From Rhynchopus sp. YZ270_cl-10 (Eukaryota), in assembly GCA_964035575.1 (NCBI GenBank), contig OZ037835.1, positions 310,001 through 374,000 of the forward strand: a stretch of 64,000 nt of DNA, given 5' to 3'. The notes under the pieces were generated by a model, which saw nothing but the letters and a program-made list of their open reading frames with translations, was not told the DNA's origin and ran no database searches. The position numbers and the translations under genes are program-made. Shown piece after piece: positions 40,285-51,729 of this stretch. The number at the start of each line of letters is the position of its first letter. The first letter of the stretch is position 1.

Positions 40285-41832
40285 TCACATTCGCGAGGCA
40301 CGAGATTTTTCGGCTTCAAGCTCCAAGTACAATACATCAATGAGCACCTGTGCAGCTTCATAGTCTCCGACACGTACTCCCGCACCTGCTCTGACCAACA
40401 TCTTCACAATGTCACGTGCTCCTTTTTTGCAAGCATAGTGCAGAGGCGAATGTCTCAGGTTGTTCTGTGTGTCGATGTCTGCACCTGCATCAATCAGCAC
40501 CTGCACCACATCTGTGCGCTTATTACGCGCTGCTAAGTGCAATGCAGTGTTACTGGAAGCAGCTGCTCCTGATTGGTGATTCAGTTCCACCTCTGGCACA
40601 CCCACAAGATAGCGAACAATGTCGGTGTGTCCATGCCACGCCGCAAGCATAAGACATGTGTACCCATCATTGTCTGCGACACTCACTCCCGCACCAGCTC
40701 TGACCAACATCTTCACAATGTCAAGTTCTCCTGATTTACAAGCAACGTAAAGAGGCGAATGTCCCTCGTTGTTCTGTGTGTTCACGTCTGCACCTGCATC
40801 AATCAGCAAGTGCACAATGTCTGTGCGGTTCATAAACACCGCATGCTGCAATGCAGTTTTGTTGTCATCATTCCGGAGATTCACATCCACCTCTGGCAAG
40901 CACAGAAGATAGCGCACAATATCGGTGCAACCATTAGCTGACGCTTGCGCAAGACAGGCACATCCTCTGGAGTCTGTGACAGACACTCCCGCACCTGCCT
41001 TGACCAACACCTTCACAACTTCGAGCGCTCCGTCAGTCATGCAAGCCCACTGCAGAGGCGAAGATACGTCGTTGTTCTGTGTGTCGATGTCTGCACCTGC
41101 ATCAATCAGCACCTGCACCACGTCTGTGTGCTCCATAGCAGAGTACAACACAGTGTAGCCATCATCGTCTCTGTGATTCACTTCCACCTGGAACAAGCCC
41201 ACAAGATAGCGAACAGTTTCGGTGTGTCCATTACGTGCCGCACTGCTAAGACAGGTCTCTCCGTCGTTGTCTGTGGCACGCACTCCCGCACCTGCTTCAA
41301 CCAACATCTTCACAACGTCAAGTGCTCCTGCACCGCAAGCATAGTGCAGTAGTGAAGTTCCGTACTCGTCTTTTGTATGTAAGTCTGACCCTGCATCAAT
41401 CAAGAAACGACACACTGCAGGGTCTGACCACATGGCCGGACAGTCACCCACTGACTGACCTGCGCTGTGTTTGGACTCGTGCCGGACAAACGCCACGTTG
41501 TTGCAGACGGATTTCCAATGCTGCAAGAGGACCTCCGTGCACGCAACGTGGTCTGCGTGGACACACTCACTCAGCAGACTCCCAATGTCCATCTGCGTTG
41601 TCTCAACATACGGAAGAAGCAGTGTGAGGCATTCATCGTGGTTCCCTCTGCATGCCTCGTGCGCAGCATCGAAGGCCACTTTCTTTCTGTCTGGGTTGAA
41701 CTTCTCAAGGAACGCCCGCACGGCAGTCGTGTCGCCGTTCCTGGCAGCCTCCACGAAGACCTCGTCTGCAGAAAGCTGTCTTCTCTTTCGTGGGTTCTCG
41801 TCCTGCGTGCTGTCTGCGTGTCGCTTCGGCAT
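40285..41832 (-). CDS. Ankyrin repeat protein, array copy 3 (515 aa)
   Basis: Paralog; start at MPKRH. Confidence 0.9.
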   Translation of the reverse strand: MPKRHADSTQDENPRKRRQLSADEVFVEAARNGDTTAVRAFLEKFNPDRKKVAFDAAHEACRGNHDECLTLLLPYVETTQMDIGSLLSECVHADHVACTEVLLQHWKSVCNNVAFVRHESKHSAGQSVGDCPAMWSDPAVCRFLIDAGSDLHTKDEYGTSLLHYACGAGALDVVKMLVEAGAGVRATDNDGETCLSSAARNGHTETVRYLVGLFQVEVNHRDDDGYTVLYSAMEHTDVVQVLIDAGADIDTQNNDVSSPLQWACMTDGALEVVKVLVKAGAGVSVTDSRGCACLAQASANGCTDIVRYLLCLPEVDVNLRNDDNKTALQHAVFMNRTDIVHLLIDAGADVNTQNNEGHSPLYVACKSGELDIVKMLVRAGAGVSVADNDGYTCLMLAAWHGHTDIVRYLVGVPEVELNHQSGAAASSNTALHLAARNKRTDVVQVLIDAGADIDTQNNLRHSPLHYACKKGARDIVKMLVRAGAGVRVGDYEAAQVLIDVLYLELEAEKSRASRM

Positions 41833-42393
41833 TGTGTGTTTGTGTTGTGTATTGTTGCTGTCATTTGTGTTGGAATAGTTTTGTGCAGAGGTTGTGGGTG
41901 ACGAGACGACGAAGACCACATCAACGGACGGCTTCTTGAAGCAATGTGCTGAAACACGTAAACGCAGAACGCAATGACAAAAACACCCGTGGAAGGGGTT
42001 ACATCGTACAGCGTCCCTTACCGTATTCTACAATTAGGGTTTTGGGAGAGGGGAAAGGAAAGGGCTTCAGGGAGGGGGTGGGGAGTGCGAAGGAAGCTGT
42101 ATAAGGACTAACCCACGCCTTGTGTCTTTATTTGTCGTTTACTGTTTTGTTGATCGCATCTGATACACAACTTCACATGCTGCAGTGAAGACCGCCTCAG
42201 CGTGTCTTTCCTACAGTAATGCCCTATGCTTGGTGGCACCTTCTTTATGGTAAATGGCGTACAAACGTAGTGAACTAAAGCACGTCGTCCAGATGAAGAA
42301 GAATCCTTTGTAAGATGAAAGCCTCTCGTCCTGTGCCTCCTTGCAACTGAAACACCCCACCACCTCCAACGCAGCTAACACACAGCTGGGAGG

Positions 42394-43933
42394 TCAAAAT
42401 CGCGAGGCACGAAATTTTTCGGCTTCAAGCTCCAAATGCAATACATCAATCAGCACCTGTGCAGCTTCATAGTCTCCGACACGCACTCCCGCACCTGCTC
42501 TGACCAACATCTTCACAATGTCACGTGCTCCTTTTTTGCAAGCATAGTGCAGAGGCGAATGTCTCAGGTTGTTCTGTGTGTCGATGTCTGCACCTGCATC
42601 AATCAGCACCTGCACCACATCTGTGCGCTTATTACGCGCCGCTAAGTGCAATGCAGTGTTACTGGAAGCAGCTGCTCGTGATTGGTGATTCAGTTCCACC
42701 TCTGGCACACCCACAAGATAGCGAACAATGTCGGTGTGTCCATGCCACGCCGCAAGCATAAGACACGTGCATCCTTGGTTGTCTGTGGCACGCACTCCCG
42801 CACCTGCTTCAACCAACATCTTCACAATGTCAAGTTCTCCTGATTTACAAGCAACGTGCAGAGGCGACCTTCCCTCGTTGTTCTGTGTGTCCACGTCTGC
42901 ACCTGCATCAATCAGCAGCTGCACAACTTCTGTGCGCTTCATAAACACCGCTTCCTGCAATGCAGTGTCGTGGTCGTCAGCATTCCGGCGATTCACATCC
43001 ACCTCTGGCAAGCACAAAAGATAGCGCACAATCTCAGTGTGTCCTCTATACGCCGCATGCGCAAGACAGGCGCATCCTGCCACGTCTGTGACACACACTC
43101 CCGCACCTGCTCTGACCAACACCTTCACAACATCGAGCACTCCAATGATGCAAGCCCACTGCAGAGGCGAACGATCCTCGAAGTTCATTGCTTCAATGTC
43201 TGCACCTGCATCAATCAGCACCTGCACCACGTCTGTGTCCTTCACCGCACAGTGCAACGCAGTGTGGCCTTCATCGTCTCCGTACTTCCACCTGGAACAA
43301 ACCCACAAGATAGCGAACAGTCTCGGTGTGTCCATTATACGCTGCACGGCCAAGGCAGGTATCTCCGTCGTCCTCTGTGTCACGGACTCCCACACCTGCT
43401 TCAACCAACATCTTCACAGCGTCAAGTTCTCCTGAAGCGCAAGCATAGTGCAGAGGTGAAGTTCCGCCCCTGGCCTTTGTTTGTAAGTCTGACCCTGCAT
43501 CAATCAAGACGCGACACACTGCAGGGTCTGACCACATGGCCGGAGAGTCATCCTCGTCACCTGCGCTGTGTTGGGACTCGAAGGGGACAAACGCCACGTT
43601 GTTGCAGACGGATTTCCAATGCTGCAAGAGGACCTCCGTGCACGCAACGTGGTCTGCGTGGACACACTCACTCAGCAGACTCCCAATGTCCATCTGCGTT
43701 GTCTCAACATACGGAAGAAGCAGTGTGAGGCATTCATCGTGGTTCCCTCTGCATGCCTCGTGCGCAGCATCGAAGGCCACTTTCTTTCTGTCTGGGTTGA
43801 ACTTCTCAAGGAACGCCCGCACGGCAGTCGTTTCGCCGTTCCTGGCAGCCTCCACGAAGACCTCGTCTGCAGAAAGCTGTCTTCTCTTTCGTGGGTTCTC
43901 GTCCTGTGTGCTGTCTGCGTGTCGCTTTGGCAT
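42394..43933 (-). pseudogene. Ankyrin repeat protein, array copy 4, frameshifted
   Basis: Net 5-bp loss near 43282 (TCATCGTCTC-CGT-ACTTCC versus TCATCGTCTC-TGTGATTC-ACTTCC in copy 1) splits it into two ORFs. Confidence 0.85.
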
Positions 43934-44494
43934 TGTGTGTTTGTGTTGTGTATTGTTGCTGTCATTTGTGTTCGAATAGTTTTGTGCAGAGGTTGTAGGT
44001 GACGACAGGACGAAGACCACATCAACGTACGGCTTCTTGAAGCAATGCGCTGAAACACGTAAACGCAGAACGCAATGACAAAAACACCCGTGGAAGGGGT
44101 TACATCGTACAGCGTCCCTTACCGTATTCTACAATTAGGGCTTTGGGAGAGGGGAAAGGAAAGGGCTTCAGGGAGGGCGTGGGGAGTGCGAAGGAAGCTG
44201 TATAAGGACTAACCCACGCCTTGTGTCTTTATTTGTCGTTTACTGTTTTGTTGATCGCATCTGATACACAACTTCACATGCTGCAGTGAAGACCGCCTCA
44301 GCGTGTCTTTCCTACAGTGATGCCCTCTGCTTGGTGGCACCTTCTTTACGGTAAATGGCGTACAAACGTAGTGAACTAAAGCACGTCGCCCAGATGAAGA
44401 AGAATCCATTGTGAGATGAAAGCCTCTCGTCCTGTGCCACCTTGCAACTGAAACACCCCACCACCTCCAACGCAGCTAACACACAGCTGGGAGG

Positions 44495-46036
44495 TCACAT
44501 TCGCGAGGCACGAGATTTTTCGGCTTCAAGCTCCAAGTGCAATACATCAATCAGCACCTGTGCAGCTTCATAGTCTCCGACACGCACTCCCGCACCTGCT
44601 CTGACCAACATCTTCACAATGTCACGTGCTCCTTTTTTGCAAGCATAGTGCAGAGGCGAATGTCCCAGGTTGTTCTGTGTGTCGATGTCTGCACCTGCAT
44701 CAATCAGCACCTGCACCACATCTGTGCGCTTATTACGCGCCGCTAAGTGCAATGCAGTGTTACTGGAAGCAGCTGCTCCTGATTGGTGATTCAGTTCCAC
44801 CTCTGGCACACCCACAAGATAGCGAACAATGTCGGTGTGTCCATGCCACGCCGCAAGCATAAGACATGTGTACCCATCATTGTCTGCGACACTCACTCCC
44901 GCACCAGCTCTGACCAACATCTTCACAATGTCAAGTTCTCCTGATTTACAAGCAACGTAAAGAGGCGAATGTCCCTCGTTGTTCTGTGTGTTCACGTCTG
45001 CACCTGCATCAATCAGCAAGTGCACAATGTCTGTGCGGTTCATATCCACCGCACGCTGCAATGCAGTTTTGTTGTCATCATTCCGGAGATTCACATCCAC
45101 CTCTGGCAAGCACAGAAGATAGCGCACAATATCGGTGCAACCATTAGCTGACGCTTGCGCAAGACAGGCACATCCTCTGGAGTCTGTGACACACACTCCC
45201 GCACCTGCTCTGACCAACACCTTCACAACGTCGAGCACTCCAGTGATGCAAGCCCACTGCAGAGGCGAACGATCCTCGAAGTTCATTGCTTCAATGTCTG
45301 CACCTGCATCAATCAACACCTGCACCACGTCTGTGTGCTCCGAAGCAGAGTGCAACGCAGTGAAGCTTTCATCGTTGCTGTGATTCACTTCCACCTGGAA
45401 CAAACCCACAAGATAGCGAACAGTCTCGGTGTGTCCATTATACGCCGCACTGTCGAGACAGATCTCTCCGCCTTCCTCTGTGGCACGCACTCCTGCACCT
45501 GCTTCAACCAACATCTTTACAACGTCAAGTTCTCCTGCACCGCAAGCATAGTGCAGAGGCGAAGTTCCGTACTGCGCCTTTGTATTTACGTCTGCCCCTG
45601 CATCAATCAAGACGCGACACACTGCAGGGTCTGACCACATGGCCGGAGAGTCATCCTCGTCACCTGCGCTGTGTTGGGACCCGAAGGGGACAAACGCCAC
45701 GTTGTTGCAGACGGATTTCCAATGCTGCAAGAGGACCTCCGTGCACGCAACGTGGTCTGCGTGGACACACTCACTCAGCAGACTCCCAAAGTCCATCTGC
45801 GTTGTCTCAACATACGGAAGAAGCAGTGTGAGGCATTCATCGTGGTTCCCTCTGCATGCCTCGTGCGCAGCATCGAAGGCCACTTTCTTTCTGTCTGGGT
45901 TGAACTTCTCAAGGAACGCCCGCACGGCAGTCGTGTCGCCGTTCCTGGCAGCCTCCACGAAGACCTCGTCTGCAGAAAGCTGTCTTCTCTTTCGTGGGTT
46001 CTCGTCCTGTGTGCTGTCTGCGTGTCGCTTCGGCAT
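44495..46036 (-). CDS. Ankyrin repeat protein, array copy 5 (513 aa)
   Basis: Paralog; start at MPKRH. Confidence 0.9.
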   Translation of the reverse strand: MPKRHADSTQDENPRKRRQLSADEVFVEAARNGDTTAVRAFLEKFNPDRKKVAFDAAHEACRGNHDECLTLLLPYVETTQMDFGSLLSECVHADHVACTEVLLQHWKSVCNNVAFVPFGSQHSAGDEDDSPAMWSDPAVCRVLIDAGADVNTKAQYGTSPLHYACGAGELDVVKMLVEAGAGVRATEEGGEICLDSAAYNGHTETVRYLVGLFQVEVNHSNDESFTALHSASEHTDVVQVLIDAGADIEAMNFEDRSPLQWACITGVLDVVKVLVRAGAGVCVTDSRGCACLAQASANGCTDIVRYLLCLPEVDVNLRNDDNKTALQRAVDMNRTDIVHLLIDAGADVNTQNNEGHSPLYVACKSGELDIVKMLVRAGAGVSVADNDGYTCLMLAAWHGHTDIVRYLVGVPEVELNHQSGAAASSNTALHLAARNKRTDVVQVLIDAGADIDTQNNLGHSPLHYACKKGARDIVKMLVRAGAGVRVGDYEAAQVLIDVLHLELEAEKSRASRM

Positions 46037-46170
46037 TGTGTGTTTGTGTTGTGTATTGTTGCTGTCATTTGTGTTGTATTCATTTAGTGCATGGACGGCT
46101 TCTTTGAAGCAATGTGCAGAACACATTGACAAAATCGTACACATTGAGGGTTAGATTGCGGTATTCTTTA

Positions 46171-46270
46171 CCGTATTCGTCAAAATTATAGACCGTACTA
46201 ATGTTCGACCTTTTCAGGAATTATCTGGAAGTTCGACCTTTAATATGGTCGATGATTTGTACGTATACGG
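46171..46270. mobile_element. 100-bp MITE, copy of 39807-39906
   Basis: Same sequence and same spacer context, so duplicated with the array unit. Confidence 0.65.
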
Positions 46271-46617
46271 TAAACAGGGTTTTGGGTCTACTGGGTCAGA
46301 GGGGAAAGGAAAGGGCTTCAGGGAGGGGGTGGGGAGTGCGAAGGAAGCTGAAAAAGGGCTAACCCACGCCTTGTGTCTCTATGTGTAGTTTACTGATTTG
46401 TTGATCGCATCTGATACACAACCCCATAGTCCTTTGAAATGCTACGAGTGGCCAGGCGCACTGCTTCTTTACGATAAATGGCGTACAAACATAGTGAACT
46501 AAAGCACGTCGCCCAGATGAAGAAGAATCCTTTGTAAGATGAAAGCCTCTCGTCCTGTGCCTCCTTGCAACTGAAACACCCCACCACCTCCAACGCAGCT
46601 AACACACAGCTGGGAGG

Positions 46618-48165
46618 TCACATTCGCGAGGCACGAGAGTTTGCTGCCTCAAGCTCCAAGTGCAATACATCAATCAGCACCTGTGCAGCTTCATAGTCTC
46701 CGACACGCACTCCCGCACCTGCTCTGACCAACATCTTCACAATGTCACGTGCTCCTTTTTTGCAAGCATAGTGCAGAGGCGAATGTCCCAGGTTGTTCTG
46801 TGTGTCGATGTCTGCACCTGCATCAATCAGCACCTGCACCACATCTGTGCGCTTATTACGCGCCGCTAAGTGCAATGCAGTGTTACTGGAAGCAGCTGCT
46901 CCTGATTGGTGATTCAGTTCCACCTCTGGCACACCCACAAGATAGCGAACAATGTCGGTGTGTCCATGCCACGCCGCAAGCATAAGACATGTGTACCCAT
47001 CATTGTCTGCGACACTCACTCCCGCACCAGCTCTGACCAACATCTTCACAATGTCAAGTTCTCCTGATTTACAAGCAACGTACAGAGGCGAATGTCCCTC
47101 GTTGTTCTGTGTGTTCACCTCTGCACCTGCATCAATCAGCAGCTGCACAATGTCTGTTTCCTTCATAAACACCGCATGCTGCAATGCAGTTTTGTTGTCA
47201 TCATTCCGGAGATTCACATCCACCTCTGGCAAGCACAAAAGATAGCGCACAATATCGGTGTGTCCATAAGCTGCCGCATGCGCAAGACAGGCGAATCCTC
47301 TGGAGTCTGTGACAGACACTCCCGCACCTGCCTTGACCAACACCTTCACAACTTCGAGCGCTCCGTCAGTCATGCAAGCCCACTGCAGAGGCGAAGATAC
47401 GTCGTTGTTCTGTGTGTCGATGTCTGCACCTGCATCAATCAGCACCTGCACCACGTCTGTGTGCTCCACAGCAAAGTACAACACAGTGTGTCCATCATCG
47501 TTTGTGTGATTCACTTCCACCTGGAACAAACCCACAAGATAGCGAACAGTCTCGGTGTGTCCATTACATGCCGCACGGATAAGGCAGGTGCCTCCGTCGT
47601 CATCTGTGGCACGCATTCCCGCACCTGCTTCAACCAACATCTTCACCACGTCAAGTGCTCCTGCACCGCAAGCATAGTGCAGTGGTGAAGTTCCGTACTC
47701 GTTTTTTGTATGTAAGTCTGACCCTGCATCAATCAAGACACGACACACTGCAGGGTCTGACCACATGGCCGGACAGTCACCCACTGACTGACCTGCGCTG
47801 TGTTTAGGCTCGAACGGGACAAACGCCACGTTGTTGCAGACGGATTTCCAATGCTGCAAGAGGACCTCCGTGCACGCAACGTGGTCTGCGTGGACACACT
47901 CACTCAGCAGCATCCCAATGCCCATCTGCGTTGTCTCAACATACGGAAGAAGCAGTGTGAGGCATTCATCGTGGTTCCCTCTGCATGCCTCGTGCGCAGC
48001 ATCGAAGGCCGCTTTTGTTCTGTCTGGATTGAACTTCTCAAGGAACGCCCGCACGGCAGTCGTGTCGCCGTTCCTGGCAGCCTTCACGAAGACCTCGTCT
48101 GCAGAAAGCTGTCTTCTCTTTCGTGGCTTCTTGTCCTGTGTGCTGTCTGCGTGTCGCTTCGGCAT
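46618..48165 (-). CDS. Ankyrin repeat protein, array copy 6 (515 aa)
   Basis: Paralog; start at MPKRH. Confidence 0.9.
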   Translation of the reverse strand: MPKRHADSTQDKKPRKRRQLSADEVFVKAARNGDTTAVRAFLEKFNPDRTKAAFDAAHEACRGNHDECLTLLLPYVETTQMGIGMLLSECVHADHVACTEVLLQHWKSVCNNVAFVPFEPKHSAGQSVGDCPAMWSDPAVCRVLIDAGSDLHTKNEYGTSPLHYACGAGALDVVKMLVEAGAGMRATDDDGGTCLIRAACNGHTETVRYLVGLFQVEVNHTNDDGHTVLYFAVEHTDVVQVLIDAGADIDTQNNDVSSPLQWACMTDGALEVVKVLVKAGAGVSVTDSRGFACLAHAAAYGHTDIVRYLLCLPEVDVNLRNDDNKTALQHAVFMKETDIVQLLIDAGAEVNTQNNEGHSPLYVACKSGELDIVKMLVRAGAGVSVADNDGYTCLMLAAWHGHTDIVRYLVGVPEVELNHQSGAAASSNTALHLAARNKRTDVVQVLIDAGADIDTQNNLGHSPLHYACKKGARDIVKMLVRAGAGVRVGDYEAAQVLIDVLHLELEAANSRASRM

Positions 48166-49298
48166 TGTGTGTTTGTGTTGTGTATTGTTGCTGTCATTTG
48201 TGTTGGAATAGTTTTATGCAGAGGGTTGCGACGAGAGAACGAAGAACACACATGCAACACACCCTGTGAAGGAACAGCATGGGACACTTTGCTTTGCAGG
48301 CGATTCCTGCAGGATGCAGAGTAATAGCGATGGGCTGTTGATACGGTATTCAGTGGAAGGCTTCTTTGCACGAAGGAATGTGCAGAACGCAATGACAAAC
48401 GTACACGTGGAAGGGTTGCTGCATGCTATAACACTTTTTGTAGAAATGCTCGAAGACGAACGCTGACACCTCTTTCACGACTGTACCGCAAGAAAGGCGC
48501 TGTGGCATTTACAGTGCCGAAGAGTGACACGCCACGAAGAAGAATAGTAGAACGGACGTCTTGTTACAAAATGTATGGTGAAGCCGCAAGAATTTCTCAC
48601 ATGCTGAATCCCCACAATGCTGAAGGAGTCCGACACACGCTTCGCTCAAAAAAAAATTGACCTAAAAGGGGGGTTTTCCACCAGTTACCCCTCTCACCCG
48701 AAGTATCCATGTATATTCTTTTGTGTGCAGGCTGGGTGTCGTTGGCGGTGGTAGCGTTTACCCACGCGCCATAGATCTTCATACATCAGAACACCTCAGA
48801 AATGCTTCTGACGTAGGATGACGACGTGACGACGCACTCTGCACATGGAGGAGGGAGTTAGTAGAGCGCACTGTACGATACGTGCATGCGTGGCGGTTCC
48901 CTTTCCCCTTACACGCCTCCGGTACACTTCTCCATTGCAGTGTGGGCCGATGCGTCCTGGGTATCGAAGCTGCAGAACTCCAATTCAGGCGTCAAAAAGG
49001 CACGGACTGTGGTGCCCGACACACCTCAGGTGTGATGTTTGTATTGAAGCGCACAGCAGAGAAGGGCTTGGCGGCATTGGTAAACAGTCATACAATGCTG
49101 CATGGAAATGGCATGTGAAGAACTTTCGCGAGATTTTTTTTTCGCAGTCTTCGCATTTCTTTGCATTCTGGAAAATGCGAAGATAATGCAAAAGAGCGTT
49201 TTCCCAGCAATTTTTGAAGATCAAAAAATATAAATTTTTGTGCACACTGTAATGTGGGCTGCGCTAACAGGTTTTCCAGGAAGGAACCATTTATTTTC

Positions 49299-49472
49299 TT
49301 TCCTTACTTCAAAAACTCTCTCTTTTTTAAGTTCTAATTATTTGGTTTTGGTTGAGACACATCTATGGTGTCGGTTCTGTGGAATCACTGAACCACCCAT
49401 ATCCTGTATCACATCGTTGATTATTCTTTCCCTGCGTTGACTGCAGGAAAGTTCGCGAGCTATCGCGACCAG
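49299..49472. repeat. Block A dispersed repeat copy
   Basis: Near-identical to 51185-51363 and 29734-29901. Confidence 0.85.
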
Positions 49473-49559
49473 CATCCCCACGAAGAAAAAGCAAACATGA
49501 GAATAACATCTGCATAGGTAGCACATCCGAGGTTGCGTGTCTGCACACTACCAACAACA

Positions 49560-50245
49560 GCCTCTCGCAGTCGACCCGAGTCGCACTGCTCCCGATGGAA
49601 CATTAATATGAAACATAACACACGAGTTAAAAGAGACACGCAGGGGTTACATAGGTAAAAATTGGATGATAAGGTGAGTCAACCCGAGCCACACTGCTCC
49701 CGCTACACCTTTATTAGTGAAAAAACAGACCCATGCGACAAGGAGAAGAAAAACAGAAGAATTGCTTGACATACAGCTAGAGTATGCCACCACAGGTTGC
49801 CTGTCAGGACCGACCTGCAAAATTTCGCACAACCTAAGTGACATAACACATGAGTGCATAAAAACAGGAAAAGGATACACAACTAAAAACATGGCGATAA
49901 GACGCAAAACCATGCGCATGGTCCAAACAAAGATTGCGTGTCGGCTGCGTCCGCACACTATCAACGATTCTCTCGCAGTCGACCCGAGTCGCCCTGCTCC
50001 CGATGACACATTGGTTACATACCACACAAATTAAAAGAAATCACAGGGGTTACATAGGTAAAAGATAAGATGATAAAATGCGTCGACCCGAGCCACATTG
50101 CTCCCGTTGCAGCTTTTTTAGTGAGAAAATAAACCCATGCAACAAAGAGAATACGAAAAACAGAAAAATGCTTGACATACAGCTAAAGTATGCCACCCTA
50201 GGTTGCTTGTCAGATAGTAAATCCTAACCTGCTAATTCCCACAAC
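49560..50245 (+). repeat. Degenerate direct duplication with GTCGACCCGAGTCGC motifs
   Basis: ~49560-49835 resembles ~49970-50245; motif recurs near 50447 and 50745. Confidence 0.65.
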
Positions 50246-51028
50246 CTATTGTAGTCGTACCCGTGACGCACTACACCCCCTTTGGCTTTTAAGGAGGCAG
50301 GTACACATCGGCGAGAATGGAGTGTAAAGCCCGAAGCCCACTGCCATTATCCTCTCGCGTAGTCGAACCCCAGTCTCACTACTACCGATGAGGCACATCA
50401 AGAGTTGCGTGTCGGATCGCTCCTGCACACTGCCCAACTCCCGTAGTCGACCCGAGTCGCACTACTACCACGATGTGACTTCACACACACACAAGCTGAC
50501 TAATTGCATTTTTGACCCCACTCTGTGAGTCTTGCTTGAATTGGAAAAAATGAGGGGAAACAAAGAAAAACGTACCGTACACTCTCTGTTGAATCTAAAA
50601 CAGGGGAGGGTAAAGAAAGCGCGAAAGGTAAATTGGGGAAGAGGTTGAAAAGTTGGAACGCTTCCTCGCCCCAGATCACACAATGAACATTGAACACAAC
50701 AAAAAATGACAGTACTCGTTTCCGAGCACACACACTATTACAGTCACTCGACCCGAAAGAGCCCAATCTTTGGTTTGTATATACCCGTACCACCGTACCC
50801 GTACCGCTTCGTATGTTTGTACCCTCCAGAGCAAAGAATGCAACAAGAAAAACAAAAATATGCACATACATCGGCGAGAATGGAGTGTCAAGCACGAGGC
50901 TCACTGCCATCATGACCTCGCGTAGTCGAACCAGTCGCACTACTACCACGATGTGACTTCACACACAACAAAACGAAAACGCTATTTGAACAAGAAAAAC
51001 AACAAGCTTCAAGGGTGGGATGGTGGGA

Positions 51029-51363
51029 TTTTTTAAAAAAGATGAAAAGCAGAGAGTTAAAAAAGGAGAAAGAACAGCAAAAAACGTTGTGTGAAAAAGT
51101 TTTTTCTGTCAAGTGTTTTTGTGCGTTAGCGGAGAAGAAAACAGTTTTCGATAAAAGGCTCCTGCGTCGGTTTTCTCTTTCACATTTTCTTTCCTTACTT
51201 CAAAAACTCTCTCTTTTTTAAGTTCTAATTATTTGGTTTTGGTTGAGACACATCTATGGTGTCGGTTCTGTGGAATCACTGAACCACCCATATCCTGTAT
51301 CACATCGTTGATTATTCTTTCCCTGCGTTGACTGCAGGAAAGTTCGCGAGCTATCGCGACCAG
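51029..51363. repeat. Block B followed by block A (order reversed relative to 29734-30055)
   Basis: Direct sequence comparison within the window. Confidence 0.8.
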
Positions 51364-51729
51364 GACACCCAAAAAATCCCCCCCCTCCCCCTTTTTTATC
51401 AATGCTGCGTCCCCGATCTGCCACCGCGAACCTAGTCCCCACAAGGTGCGGCTCCACATGTCGTCGACGGGTGAGGGCACTCAACCGCCAGGCTATCACC
51501 TGTTTTCCACACGGTGGGGCGAACACATTTTCCCCCCCCGCTGTCACGCCTCCGCCGTGCGTTGTCGTGAAGAAATCGACAAGCAGTATGTCCGCCACAG
51601 CCGTCGCCAGCAAACGCAGCATCCAGCGGATCGGAAAACAGGTGGTGCACACGTCAGCACCACCAAGAAAAAACGAGAGATCACCGATCGTCGCGAGAGG
51701 GTCTAACACCGCCATCGCTCCACCCTAGT

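Noticed and set aside
24197..46144. Upstream-extended starts in the ORF track (25675, 31463, 39780, 41919, 44020, 46144)
   Set aside because: Extensions are not conserved across paralogs; the shared MEVVIK, MEICAE and MPKRH starts are preferred.
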